A stretch of 64,000 nucleotides of DNA from Eledone cirrhosa (GCA_964016885.1 OZ024745.1:4650001-4714000); one strand, 5' to 3'; shown: positions 40,386 through 52,872, counted from the first letter of the stretch. A program made the numbers and translations. Notes: generated from the letters alone by a model not told the origin.

Positions 40386-41311
40386 TTAGCCCTTTACCAT
40401 TTACATCACTCTATATATACTATTGTATTTTCACAGTAAAGGCTTTACCTCACATAATATCTCACATTATATTTACATTACTCTATATATACTATTGTAT
40501 TGTCACAGTAAAGGCTTTACCTCACATAATATCTCACATTATATTTACATTACTCTATATATACTATTGTATTGTCATAATAAAGGCTTTACCTCACATA
40601 ATATCTCACATACCATTTACATTACTCTATATATACTATTGTATTGTCACAGTAAAGGCTTTACCTCACATAATATCTCACATACCATTTACATTACTCT
40701 ATATATACTATTGTATTGTCACAGTAAAGGCTTTACCTCACATAATATCTCACATACCATTTACATTACTCTATATATACTATTGTATTGTCACAGTAAA
40801 GGCTTTACTTCACATAATATCTCACATAACATTTACATTACTCTATATATACTATTGTATTGTCACAGTAAAGGCTTTACCTCACATAATATCTCACATA
40901 ACATTTACATTACTCTATATATACTATTGTATTGTCACAGTAAAGGCTTTACCTCACATAATATCTCACATAACATTTACATTACTCTATATATACTATT
41001 GTATTGTCACAGTAAAGGCTTTACCTCACATAATATCTCACATAACATTTACATTACTCTATATATACTATTGTATTTTCATGATAAAGGCTTTACCTCA
41101 CATAATATCTCACATAACATTTACATTACTCTATATATACTATTGTATTTTCATGATAAAGGCTTTACCTCACATAATATCGAATCTATGAGATTTTGAT
41201 ATTATTTATTTTGAGAACAATATCTTAACATCAGTATGAGGAGCTGGTTACAGCCAGTTTGAACAGAAAGAGGTGAGAGAATTCTGGCTGGATATGGCCG
41301 GTAAGAGTTAA
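40386..41311 (+). mobile_element. piggyBac-type MITE containing an 11x72-bp internal tandem array
   Basis: Same family as 42544 and 52873 in the opposite orientation; decayed termini TTAG-CCCTTTACCATT...AAGAG-TTAA; 72-bp period seen from 40441 to 41161. Confidence 0.88.
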
Positions 41312-41397
41312 GTCATTTGAAATTATACAATTTTATTTGGCTTATCATCAGGATTATGATGATGATGATGATGATGATTATAATAATAATAATAATT

Positions 41398-41497
41398 GTT
41401 TCTACTTTAGGCACAAGGCCACCAATTACCCAGTGTATTACTGGTACTTTATTTTATCGACCCCGTAAGGATGAAAGGCAAAGTTAACCTTGGCGGG
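41398..41497 (-). mobile_element. SINE 3' half, adjoining the CR1 tail
   Basis: TTTCTACTTTAGGCACAAGGCC...ACTGGTACTTTATTTTATCGACCCCGTAAGGATGAAAGGC. Confidence 0.8.
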
Positions 41498-42345
41498 ATA
41501 ATAATGAAATATTGTGTACAGTGCTCAGGTGCACTACAACTCATCAAAAAGTGTATGTATAGTACATAGGGTAATGTACAAACGTCAGGAAAATGAACAG
41601 TGTATGAGTCATAATATACACATGTGTGCATGTGTATGGAAGGGGTACATCAGGTGTAGTTTTGCGGAATTTCGGGAAGCATGAGGGTTTTAAAGGATGC
41701 AGTGTCTCGACAGCTAACCACTGATGCAGGCAGTTTGTTCCATGCTTCAGCAACTCTGAGTGTGAAAAAATGTTTCCGAAAGTCATGGGCGCTGTGCTGT
41801 TTTCTGATTTTGTAGGCATGTCCACGTGTGTTAGACACATGGAGATCAAAAAGGTGCTCAGGGTTGTTGTTGGCGAGATGGTTAATAACTTTGTGGGTGT
41901 TTACCAAGTCCATTGCCAGGCGTCGGAGCTTCAATGAATCCATGCCCAGGAAAGCAAGGCGTTCAGAGTATGGTAGGTGTCTGATGGAGGGTATGCACTT
42001 GGTTGTTCTGAGCAAGATAGGGGTTCTAGACTGATGATGCGAATTCCAAGTGTGGTCGTACCAAAGTTGTATACAGCTTTAAATAGATGGCTGGAGAGCG
42101 GCTAACAAAGGTCTTGCTGAGTGATGCCAAGACACCCTCGGCTTTCTTGACAATCTTAGACATGTTTTGTCCAACGCAAATCGCTGCTGACAGTAATGCC
42201 CAGGTCACGTTCACAAGAGGACTTCTTGATATCAGTGTTGTAGAGGGAGTATGTGGACGCTGGATTTTTCCTCCCAAAATGCATGGTGGTACACTTGTCC
42301 ACAGCCAGCTCCATTGTTTAATGTCTGCTTTCCATATTAGCAAGT
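41498..42345 (-). mobile_element. CR1-clade LINE 3' fragment
   Basis: LKLYTTLVRPHLEFASSV, LPYSERL..LKLRRL..D, TRGH..K, FFTLRV..WNKLP, plus a 3' UTR. Confidence 0.92.
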
Positions 42346-42543
42346 GCTGCAGAGGTCGTCAGCAGACCGTGTTGGTACTCAAAAGTGAAGTACTGACCTC
42401 ATAAGTACTCAGACTGCTTTTCTTTTGTTTTTAGCTTGACATTTCTATCTGAATGCAATGTTGCTTGAGAGAAGAGGACATACATTTTAAACAAGTTTCT
42501 TTGAAATGTAGACTATTTCCCATCAACAGGTTTAATATTCAGC

Positions 42544-42761
42544 TTAACCCGTTAGCATTCAAACCGGCCGTATCGAGCCAGAATTCTCTCACCTCTGCTG
42601 TTCAAACCGGCCACTCATACCAATGTTAAAGTATTGTTCTTAAAATAAATAATATCAAAATCTCATAAATTTGATATTATGTGAGATAATAATGTAAGAT
42701 AAAGCCTTTACTGTGAAAATACAATAGTATATAGAGAATGATGCAAATGCTAAAGGGTTAA
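42544..42761 (-). mobile_element. piggyBac-type MITE (~210 bp)
   Basis: TTAA TSD with TIRs CCCGTTAGCATT / AATGCTAAAGGG. Confidence 0.88.
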
Positions 42762-43276
42762 GACAATGAAACATTAAAACAAGGTTACAAGTCAACTATT
42801 TTTGCTACACTCTATATTGAAGCTTGTTTACTGATCAAGCCTATCACCAAAGGTTCCCCTACTTTAGCTCCTTCCTGATTTTTTTCAGGTACAATGTATC
42901 TAGGACAATATCCTCCAAAGTGGGTCCCACAAACAAATTATGGTGTGTGATGAGAGAAAATATCATTTATAAAATTTTATAAACATTTTATGATTTTTAT
43001 TAATAAATTCTTTCCCTAAAGCAACTTTGCTTCCTTTAATATCTTATTCAAATCAGAGTGGTTTAGTGGGGATTGTTTATAAAATATAGGTATAGGTTAT
43101 ACAATTTTTGGAAAATTGTAAAAGGGTTGATAAAATAAGTTTAGGAACCGTTAAGAGAACCTCATCTAATGAGTTCTTCTTTTAAAGAAATGTAATTTGA
43201 AAAAGATTTTGATACAAATTTTAGCAAGTTCGGTAATTACATAGAAGTTCCTTTATTGACTTATGAATAGTGTTTA

Positions 43277-45995
43277 ACTTACCTATAGGCTAAATAAGCT
43301 ATATCTGAGGGCCACACATCTTCAGTATAGTCAGTACTAGACTTACCTATAGGCTAAATAAGCTATATCTGAGGGCCACACATCCTCAGTATAGTCAGTA
43401 CTAGACTTACCTATAGGCTAAATAAGCTATATCTGAGGGCCACACATCCTCAGTATAGTCAGTACTAGACTTACCTATAGGCTAAATAAGCTACATCTGA
43501 GGGTCACACAGTATAGTCAGTACTAGACTTACCTATAGGCTAAATAAGCTATATCTGAGGGCCACACATCCTCAGTATAGTCAGTACTAGACTTACCTAT
43601 AGGCTAAATAAGCTATATCTGAGGGTCACACAGTATAGTCAGTACTAGACTTACCTATAGGCTAAATAAGCTATATCTGAGGGTCACACATCCTCACTAT
43701 AGTCAGTACTAGACTTACCTATAGGTTAAATAAGCTACATCTGAGGGTCACACAGTATAGTCAGTACTAGACTTACCTATAGGCTAAATAAGCTACATCT
43801 GAGGGTCACACAGTATAGTCAGTACTAGACTTACCTATAGGCTAAATAAGCTATATCTGAGGGCCACACATCCTCAGTATAGTCAGTACTAGACTTACCT
43901 ATAGGTTAAATAAGCTACATCTGAGGGTCACACAGTATAGTCAGTACTAGACTTACCTATAGGCTAAATAAGCTATATCTGAGGGCCACACATCCTCAGT
44001 ATAGTCAGTACTAGACTTACCTATAGGCTAAATAAGCTATATCTGAGGGTCACACAGTATAGTCAGTACTAGACTTACCTATAGGCTAAATAAGCTATAT
44101 CTGAGGGTCACACATCCTCACTATAGTCAGTACTAGACTTACCTATAGGTTAAATAAGCTACATCTGAGGGTCACACAGTATAGTCAGTACTAGACTTAC
44201 CTATAGGCTAAATAAGCTACATCTGAGGGTCACACAGTATAGTCAGTACTAGACTTACCTATAGGCTAAATAAGCTATATCTGAGGGCCACACATCCTCA
44301 GTATAGTCAGTACTAGACTTACCTATAGGTTAAATAAGCTACATCTGAGGGTCACACAGTATAGTCAGTACTAGACTTACCTATAGGCTAAATAAGCTAT
44401 ATCTGAGGGTCACACATCCTCACTATAGTCAGTACTAGACTTACCTATAGGTTAAATAAGCTACATCTGAGGGTCACACAGTATAGTCAGTACTAGACTT
44501 ACCTATAGGCTAAATAAGCTACATCTGAGGGTCACACAGTATAGTCAGTACTAGACTTACCTATAGGCTAAATAAGCTATATCTGAGGGCCACACATCCT
44601 CAGTATAGTCAGTACTAGACTTACCTATAGGTTAAATAAGCTACATCTGAGGGTCACACAGTATAGTCAGTACTAGACTTACCTATAGGCTAAATAAGCT
44701 ATATCTGAGGGCCACACATCCTCAGTATAGTCAGTACTAGACTTAAGTATAGGCTAAATAAGCTATATGTGAGGGTCACACATCCTCACTATAGTCAGTA
44801 CTAGACTTACCTATAGGTTAAATAAGCTACATCTGAGGGTCACACAGTATAGTCAGTACTAGACTTACCTATAGGCTAAATAAGCTACATCTGAGGGTCA
44901 CACAGTATAGTCAGTACTAGACTTACCTATAGGCTAAATAAGCTATATCTGAGGGCCACACATCCTCAGTATAGTCAGTACTAGACTTACCTATAGGCTA
45001 AATAAGCTATATCTGAGGGCCACACATCCTCAGTATAGTCAGTACTAGACTTACCTATAGGCTAAATAAGCTATATCTGAGGGTCACACAGTATAGTCAG
45101 TACTAGACTTACCTATAGGCTAAATAAGCTATATCTGAGGGCCACACATCCTCAGTATAGTCAGTACTAGACTTAAGTATAGGCTAAATAAGCTATATGT
45201 GAGGGTCACACATCCTCACTATAGTCAGTACTAGACTTACCTATAGGTTAAATAAGCTACATCTGAGAGTCACACAGTATAGTCAGTACTAGACTTACCT
45301 ATAGGCTAAATAAGCTACATCTGAGGGTCACACAGTATAGTCAGTACTAGACTTACCTATAGGCTAAATAAGCTACATCTGAGGGTCACACAGTATAGTC
45401 AGTACTAGACTTACCTATAGGCTAAATAAGCTATATCTGAGGGCCACACATCCTCAGTATAGTCAGTACTAGACTTACCTATAGGCTAAATAAGCTATAT
45501 CTGAGGGCCACACATCCTCAGTATAGTCAGTACTAGACTTACCTATAGGCTAAATAAGCTATATCTGAGGGTCACACAGTATAGTCAGTACTAGACTTAC
45601 CTATAGGCTAAATAAGCTATATCTGAGGGTCACACATCCTCACTATAGTCAGTACTAGACTTACCTATAGGTTAAATAAGCTACATCTGAGGGTCACACA
45701 GTATAGTCAGTACTAGACTTACCTATAGGCTAAATAAGCTATATCTGAGGGCCACACATCCTCAGTATAGTCAGTACTAGACTTAAGTATAGGCTAAATA
45801 AGCTATATGTGAGGGTCACACATCCTCACTATAGTCAGTACTAGACTTACCTATAGGCTAAATAAGCTACATCTGAGGGTCACACAGTATAGTCAGTACT
45901 AAACTTACCTATAGGCTAAATAAGCTACATCTGAGGGCCACACAGTATAATCAGTACTAGACTTACCTATAGGGTAAATAAACTACATCTGAGGG
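43277..45995. repeat. 64/58-bp minisatellite, ~45 units
   Basis: ACTTACCTATAGGCTAAATAAGCTATATCTGAGGGCCACACA(TCCTCA)GTATAGTCAGTACTAG. Confidence 0.97.
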
Positions 45996-46019
45996 CGGCC
46001 ACATACCGTCAGGGGCCTT
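45967..46019 (-). CDS. Candidate 53-nt internal coding exon of an unidentified gene (KAPDGMWPPSDVVYLPY-)
   Basis: T-rich acceptor TTTTTAATGTATTTTTAAAAAG, GC-richer open body, perfect AG|GTAAGT donor. No homology recognised. Confidence 0.4.
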
Positions 46020-46619
46020 CTTTTTAAAAATACATTAAAAATGATATACTGCATGTACATAAATCCCTGATTATAAAATACCATAATAATTATTTCTAAA
46101 GCTGACTCAAAACTAACACTACAATGATATATTGATGCCTTTAACATTTTTCTTTCAATAAATAATGGCTGAGATTGTCTTATGTATTAGATCAATTCTA
46201 AGAAAAGGAATTAAATGTTAATAAAACCAGCACCAAAAATATATTGTAATTTGAGGGAGACTAACTCCTATTTCTTGCTTAAGTAATCACATATCATGTT
46301 CTTTCATTGGTTAGATAAATTATGTAAATGAAAGATAGGATGGTCACAACTTTGATCTTAGGTTCGCTGGCCCAGGTCTGACATGGGTCAAACCAGTAAT
46401 GAAATGAAGTAACAACAATACAGCTGTTAGATGTGCTAGAAATAGCAGCAAAATCACCTTCAAATCACATCCTTATTGTCTTCAATAGAGACACATTGGA
46501 TAATGAATGTAGTTCTAGATACATTGGATTTGAAATAAAGACGGGATGGTCACAGTAGGAACGCCTTCGATCTTAGGTCTTCGTATTTAATGCTGATATT
46601 TGTACGATGACAGATTGAC

Positions 46620-46815
46620 AGAATTGGTAAGGTGTCAGATAAAATGACGCCATTACGATATATTCCCCTTTATATTCACAGTTCAAATCCCGCTGAGTCA
46701 GCTTTACTTTTCGTCCTTATCGGGGTCAATAAAATAAAATGCCAGTCAAGTATTAAGGTTGATTTAATCAACTGTTTTTCCCTTAAAGTTACTGGTCTTG
46801 TGCCTATATAAGAAA
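46620..46815 (+). mobile_element. SINE (same core family)
   Basis: GTTCAAATCC B box, CTTTACTTTTCGTCCTTATCGGGGTCAATAAAATAAAATGCCAG, GGTCTTGTGCCTA..TAAGAAA. Confidence 0.75.
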
Positions 46816-47089
46816 TCAATATTTGTGAGTTTGTAAAAAATCTTGGAAGATTTGTCGCTACATTTCACTAACAATTGACATCTCTAAACCAATCAAAATC
46901 ACATTCTTCCTATTCAGAATACTAATCTTGGTCGTTCAGTTAAAAGGCGTTAGTTGATTAATCAAATTGTTTAACGAAAATCAAGATTACAAAAATCAAT
47001 ATCCGTCTACAAACACACATCACACGCAAATGAATTTTTTTATCGACAGAAAAGAAAAGAAAACGAAATAGATTTTTATGTAGCTATGT

Positions 47090-47283
47090 ATGGTGAGGGG
47101 GGTTGTTTGGAGTAAGGTCAGACTTAGCTGAACAGATCTATGATTAAAGTCACTCCAGTCATGACCATCTCGTTTATTTAGGTTAATTTGGAGTCTCCTT
47201 CTCCATTTTAAGACGGTTGGAGTATGATTTGAGAAAAATTTGGCTACGATTTTTAGTAAGTCAATTGACCACATAAAGGTTCT
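47090..47283. mobile_element. Dispersed repeat of unknown class (related inverted copy ~46430-46580)
   Basis: TGACCATCTCGT..TGATTTGAGAAAAATTTGGCT matches the reverse complement of the 46430-46580 segment; weaker relatives near 42830 and 52380. Confidence 0.5.
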
Positions 47284-47505
47284 TTCTAAAGTGAAAACGT
47301 CTTACAAATATTATAAAATAACACAAGGGAGGTAATAAAGTAAACATAAGGGAGTTAATAAAGTGATTCCCTTTAGCTGGAACTCTCCATAAATTTACAA
47401 TTAGAGGAGAGTTTAAACCGAAGTAAAAGCGTCCTTGACGATAACCCTATTTCACATTTGTTATTTTCGATTGATTTTTAAGCAATATTTTTTATACATA
47501 TATAC

Positions 47506-47553
<48 letters not shown>

Positions 47554-48936
47554 CTAATATGAGATACGATATATTTTAAAGGAAATCATTAATTGGATAA
47601 ATGTTTCTAAATATGAAGTCTATAATATATTAACGAAGACACTGCGTGTTTTGTGGTGTGTGGTTGTCGTGGAAACTGACAGTTGACAAGAAGTAAAATA
47701 ATATACCACCAGGTTAGTGATATGATAAATATAAAACTAGCCTGCTAAAAGGCAAAATAAAACTAGAAGTTATTTGTATTTAATGTTTTATAAATATGAA
47801 GAGAGAGAGAGAGACGTATTTCTTGATTTATAATTCGAGTGAAATATTACCGTGTACACACACACACATATTTTCTCTCCATTTCTGCCAGTTGTGTCAA
47901 GCATTTAAGATTATATTAAAGGATGAGTTAGATAAAAATTAGACTTATTTCTAAGGATCATGCACTTGTTTACAATATTTAGTGAAGGAGACTATTTTTA
48001 TTGGATATATATTTGGTAATTGTTTTTACTATTACAGCCGTCTCGCTTTGGGGGTGAACTTTATGTTTTCCTATTGTTTTTTTTAACGAATATAGCTTTC
48101 AAAACATCGATAATTGTTCATTTTACAACCGGGGAAGGAAGGTGTCGGCGAAAGATTCATTTGAAACAAAAGAAAAAACAACAAAAAATAAAGAAAAACA
48201 AACTTCTACTCAAACGGGAAACGGGTGTAATTGTAAAAAATAATCATATATTTTATTTTTATTTATATTTTGTGTGTAAATGCGAAGATTAATAATTTTT
48301 TCGGCGATATCCAATTTTAGCGGCCTAAATGCCGCTTACTTCAATGTATGAGGCTATTCCAACAAATTTACATTCCCCCTTTTTTAGCCGTTAAAAGAAA
48401 TATAAATTTATTTATTGTTTTTTTTTTGCGATTTATTTGCCACTGGGGCATAGATTTCTTTATTTGCCCCTTTTTTGTTTGTTTGTTTGTTAGTTTGTTT
48501 TTTTGCGATTTATTAGCCTTTTGGGGTCACACACACCCCCGTAGAAAGTGTGCGACCTTTCTGCCAGGGAGCACAGAGAGAGGGGGGTGCTCCCTTCTTC
48601 TCTTACCTGTACAAGCCGATATAGAGAGATGGCCCACTTACACGGGCCATTATTGCTACTTTCACCCATCTTTCATGGAATTGGCTGGGATTGAGTGCCT
48701 TTTTCTCCACCTTGATCCTTCTTTCGAAGTGGTATCGGAAGAAGAGGACCATTTGTTGGCCGGCGACATATCCCCACAGTTTCCTCGTTGCAAACGCATC
48801 TGGGACATTTCTTTTCCAAGGGGTTTCCGTCCCGGAATCTGTGTCTGTAGAGCCTTTCCCGAATGGGCAGGGCCCCTCGGTATAATAGTAAGTATTAGTG
48901 GTTGTAATAAAAATGCAATCAAAATGTAATAAATAC

Positions 48937-49072
48937 CTTCACTGATTTCTTTCCTTATATTATCAACAGAAGTTGGTATGTCACCCAAAGTTCGCTTTGT
49001 ATGTTCCCGAATAGCAGTGAATTTTGATAAAACTGTTTCTAATTCCTTCTCCACAGTAAGACAAATATCCAT
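48937..49072 (-). pseudogene. RMND5: Captured RMND5-like first coding exon (left arm)
   Basis: MDICLTVEKELETVLSKF..., 136 nt ending at a G|GTATTT donor; resembles the recalled RMND5A N-terminus MDQCVTVERELEKVLHKF. Confidence 0.78.
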
Positions 49073-49245
49073 GTGTAGTCCAAAAAGATATAAATCTTTA
49101 AAAAAATTATAATAATTCTTTATTATTATTTTCTTTTTCTGTAAATAATTATTTTTCTATATATCTCAAACCCTGCCAAACACCACATCTGTCCATCTGT
49201 AAATTTAAATGACTGTTCTTTCATACTTATCCTCTTCAACTACAC

Positions 49246-49381
49246 ATGGATATTTGTCTTACTGTGGAGAAGGAATTAGAAACAGTTTTATCAAAATTCA
49301 CTGCTATTCGGGAACATACAAAGCGAACTTTGGGTGACATACCAACTTCTGTTGATAATATAAGGAAAGAAATCAGTGAAG
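49246..49381 (+). pseudogene. RMND5: Captured RMND5-like first coding exon (right arm)
   Basis: Identical peptide and a phase-1 donor at 49382. No downstream RMND5 exons recognised in the window. Confidence 0.78.
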
Positions 49382-50016
49382 GTATTTATTACATTTTGAT
49401 TGCATTTTCATTACAACCACTAATACTTACTATTATACCGAGGGGCCCTGCCCATTCGGGAAAGGCTCTACAGACACGGATTCCGGGACGGAAACCCCTT
49501 GGAAAAGAAATGTCCCAGATGCGTTTGCAACGAGGAAACTGTGGGGATATGTCGCCGGCCAACAAATGGTCCTCTTCTTCCGATACCACTTCGAAAGAAG
49601 GATCAAGGTGGAGAAAAAGGCACTCAATCCCAGCCAATTCCATGAAAGATGGGTGAAAGTAGCAATAATGGCCCGTGTAAGTGGACCATCTCTCTATATC
49701 GGCTTGTACAGGTAAGAGAAGAAGGGAGCACCCCCCTCTCTCTGTGCTCCCTGGCAGAAAGGTCGCACACTTTCTACGGGGGTGTGTGTGACCCCAAAAG
49801 GCTAATAAATCGCAAAAAAACAAACTAACAAACAAACAAACAAAAAAGGGGCAAATAAAGAAATCTATGCCCCAGTGGCAAATAAATCGCAAAAAAAAAA
49901 CCCAATAAATAAATCTATATTTCTTTTAACGGCTAAAAAAAGGGGAATGTAAATTTGTTGGAATAGCCTCATACATTGAAGTAAGCGGCATTTAGGCCGC
50001 TAAAATTGATATCGCC

Positions 50017-50195
50017 ATTTTTTCTACATTTGGCACAATGCCAGCAATTATCTCAGTATATTACTGGTACTTTATTTTATCGACCCCGTAAGGATGAAAG
50101 GTAAAGTTAACCTCGGCCGGATTTGAACTCAGACCGTAAAGGAACATAACTATGCTGGAAAGCATGGCGTCCGACCCTCAACCGATACTGCCAAG
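50017..50195 (-). mobile_element. SINE whose 3' tail is the target of the foldback insertion
   Basis: TTTCTACATTTGGCACAATGCC...ATCGACCCCGTAAGGATGAAAGG...GATTTGAAC. Confidence 0.85.
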
Positions 50196-50609
50196 ATTTC
50201 AGAAAGAATTGTATTTTATGTCTGTCATTCCAAGTTGTTGTTTATATATTTCTATAGTTTTATAAGCAGCAGAAACTCTGCGGTATTTCTTCCGGTTCCT
50301 GAGAGGTTGGCATTCATAAGAATCATTTGTGCCTCTTGGAATCATTAGAGCGTGTATTCTTGTGTGTGTGTGGGGGGGGGGGGCTTTTTCTTCTTCAGCT
50401 TTTTGCATTCTGAGTTGAAATCCTGTTGTGTCTTGCCTGTTTCACTTCATTTGTCAGTTGAAAACCAATGGTTCTTGGATGTCTTTAGTTTTGGACTCAT
50501 GCCTCCTGTTTCAATATGTCTTCCTTCTCTCCCCCCACCTGTCTTGGGGGTCCTGATAACAGTAATTACCACAGCGCCTGACTAAATCAAAAGCACCTCC
50601 CAGAACTAC

Positions 50610-50853
50610 CTGCATTAGTTGTTAGCTGTCAGGACACTGCATCCTTCAAAACTTCCATGTTTCCTGAAATTTGCCAACACTACACCTGACATTCCTCCTC
50701 TATACAAACGCACACATGTATATGTGTCTGTGTATATCATGACTCATACACTGTTTACTTTCCTGACATTTGTACATTATTCTATGTACTATACATGCAC
50801 CTTTGATGAGTTGTAGTGCACCTGAGCACTGTACATGATAATTTTCATTATTA
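50610..50853 (+). mobile_element. CR1 3' end fragment
   Basis: Reverse-complement homologue of 41500-41730. Confidence 0.85.
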
Positions 50854-50949
50854 TATATTGTTATTCATAATTAGTGGAGCTGTCTATAAATATTTGTATA
50901 GAATTTGTTACGTAGGGATTAACTTTAGGTTCAGGGTACAACCTCCACC

Positions 50950-51490
50950 CCAAGCATAATTGTTGCAGGTGCACGTATGCAATGTTTTGTAATGGCTATA
51001 AATTCATATATATTCAAATAGGCTCTGAATTCATCGTCACCTCAAACCTTTTCGTCTGACTCTCATGACATTCTATGCAGAGCCACCAAAAGAAATCTTG
51101 CAAGGCAGTTTTCACAGCTATATTCTGGAGGGCACCTCTCAAAATTTAAGAGGGCTTATATGTTGTTTTTTTTAAAGAGGTTTTTAGATATTCAAGGCTC
51201 CTCGTTGGCTCTCCATACTCTGATGGCTGAACCTCATTCATAAACACCCCGACTTTACAAGCCTTCACTCCTCATAGGGAATATATATAAGATCTTGTAA
51301 TCGCACCCGCAATATTCTGACACCATATAAACAGTGAAGGTTACTGAATTTTGACAATGAAGTTTTTGCCATTGTTGGCAGCTGGCCTTACCAAAGTATC
51401 AGGTGATGCCAGTGATGGTGTTTGGCTATTTCAGAATCTTTGACTCGCTTTCATCCATGGCAAAGCTACGAGTGTGTTGGTTTGCCTAAA
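50950..51490 (+). mobile_element. Highly degenerate CRE-like (RLE) non-LTR retrotransposon C-terminus
   Basis: ~51386-51490 translates LTKVSGDASDGVWLFQNL*LAFIHGKATSVL, resembling the recalled CRE C-terminal motif GD.R...L.QR.S.AIQRGNA.S.L. Upstream boundary uncertain. Confidence 0.45.
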
Positions 51491-51942
51491 ATATTTGAGA
51501 GAAACTCTGGCACCCCATGTTGTGGTGTGTGATTAAGTGTGCAGGTCTCCCACCTACTTCCAGTTCTGTATCTACATCATATAAAGTGACCATTATAAAT
51601 ACCTTTGAGGTAACGAATAATGAAGATTTGTTTGTTATGTGATTAATGATACTGAACATGTAGTTGCCTATTGACAGATTCCTGTGAATCATATAAAGTA
51701 GGTATGGGCAATGTTTCTTGAGCAGTGGGACACATAGGATGATGTCCATCGTAAGGTGGGCCACACTAGTAAAATGAGACGTACCATCGAGAAAGCCAAA
51801 TGGGCTGCAGTTTGGCCCTGGCCCAAAGTATCGGCACACCAGATATTTAAATTAGTTTACACCATACTACTTCCAAAGAAATGAATAAAGCATTGTCATG
51901 TTGAAAACTGGGTCTTTCGATTTATTTGTGCTCCTTTCCAAG

Positions 51943-51986
51943 GAACATAAAGAAGTCATCAGGACTGAGATATGTCAAAGAGAAAG
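51943..51986 (+). other. Candidate 44-nt exon
   Basis: Acceptor TTTGTGCTCCTTTCCAAG and donor AAG|GTGAGT; two of three frames open; no homology recognised. Confidence 0.3.
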
Positions 51987-52872
51987 GTGAGTCAAAGGAA
52001 ATTTTTTAATTGGAAATGAAACATAATCTTTAATATAAACAAGACAGTTGACTTAGGAAGCAGTGGAAATTGCCCCTGTTTACTTTTTCCCATCTTCAGA
52101 AATACTTTACTTCATTTTCTCAACTATTATTTATAGTGAGTGTCTTTTGTTATGGTCATTTGCATTGGGATGCACATATTTAAAGTTGCATAATATTTTA
52201 TGGAAGGAATTTCTAATCATAGCCATTGCATGGAATTTATTGTTTTATTTTCTTAAATTCAGGACTTACCATCTAGGTATAAGTTGGGTTGCTACATTGA
52301 GTAAATTGAGTGATTTCATAAAGTTTCATTTTGTCACAGTTGTAATTTAACCCAAGATTATGGATCGGACCAATCAGAAAAATTGTCTCAGCTGTAACCA
52401 TGGCATATTTTATTTATTTATTAGCATTTTTTCCCCAAATCAATCTATGTAGGACTATAATTATCTAATGTGTCCTTTGATTTTTAAGATGGTTGATGGA
52501 ATGGACGAGGAAGATTTAGCTGTACATTTTTATTATTACACTCAGGTGTTATGGAGTTCTCTGGTGCTATAAGTGACTCCTTCAGAGTGTCAAAGAATGA
52601 TACACTTATGGTGCCAAGTATATCATGAGGGGAACTGTGAAATATAATTTTGGCACATATACCTTTCCCAACTATTTTAGAGATATGAAAGTTGCACTTG
52701 ACTTATCTTCTCTAATACAAGTTTTTTATCATTCAGTCTCACTGGATTTAACATTTCTCTGTTTCCTGCCAGCTAACCATAATATAACGATGTAATGTAA
52801 TACACTAAGATAGAATCAACTAACTAGAACACTCTGTATACAACATGGCGCTGCTCCTAACACTATTAACCA

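Larger units (their letters stand above)
48303..50016. mobile_element. Non-autonomous foldback / Pack-type DNA transposon with ~775-bp TIRs
   Basis: Arms 48303-49079 and 49239-50016 are near-identical; termini GGCGATATC..GATATCGCC; 8-bp TSD ATTTTTTC at 48295-302 and 50017-24. Confidence 0.9.

Noticed and set aside
40423-41199. 258-aa His/Cys repeat ORF resembling a zinc-finger array
   Set aside because: It is the 72-bp expansion of a noncoding MITE segment and lacks C2H2 spacing.
43277-45995. CTGAGGA in the minus-strand units as tandem hammerheads
   Set aside because: No GAAA or stem III follows.
49246-49656. 136-aa ORF as a full protein or the native RMND5 gene
   Set aside because: Similarity ends at the GT donor after codon 45 and the rest is read-through. 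It lies inside a TSD-bounded element and no further RMND5 exons were recognised.
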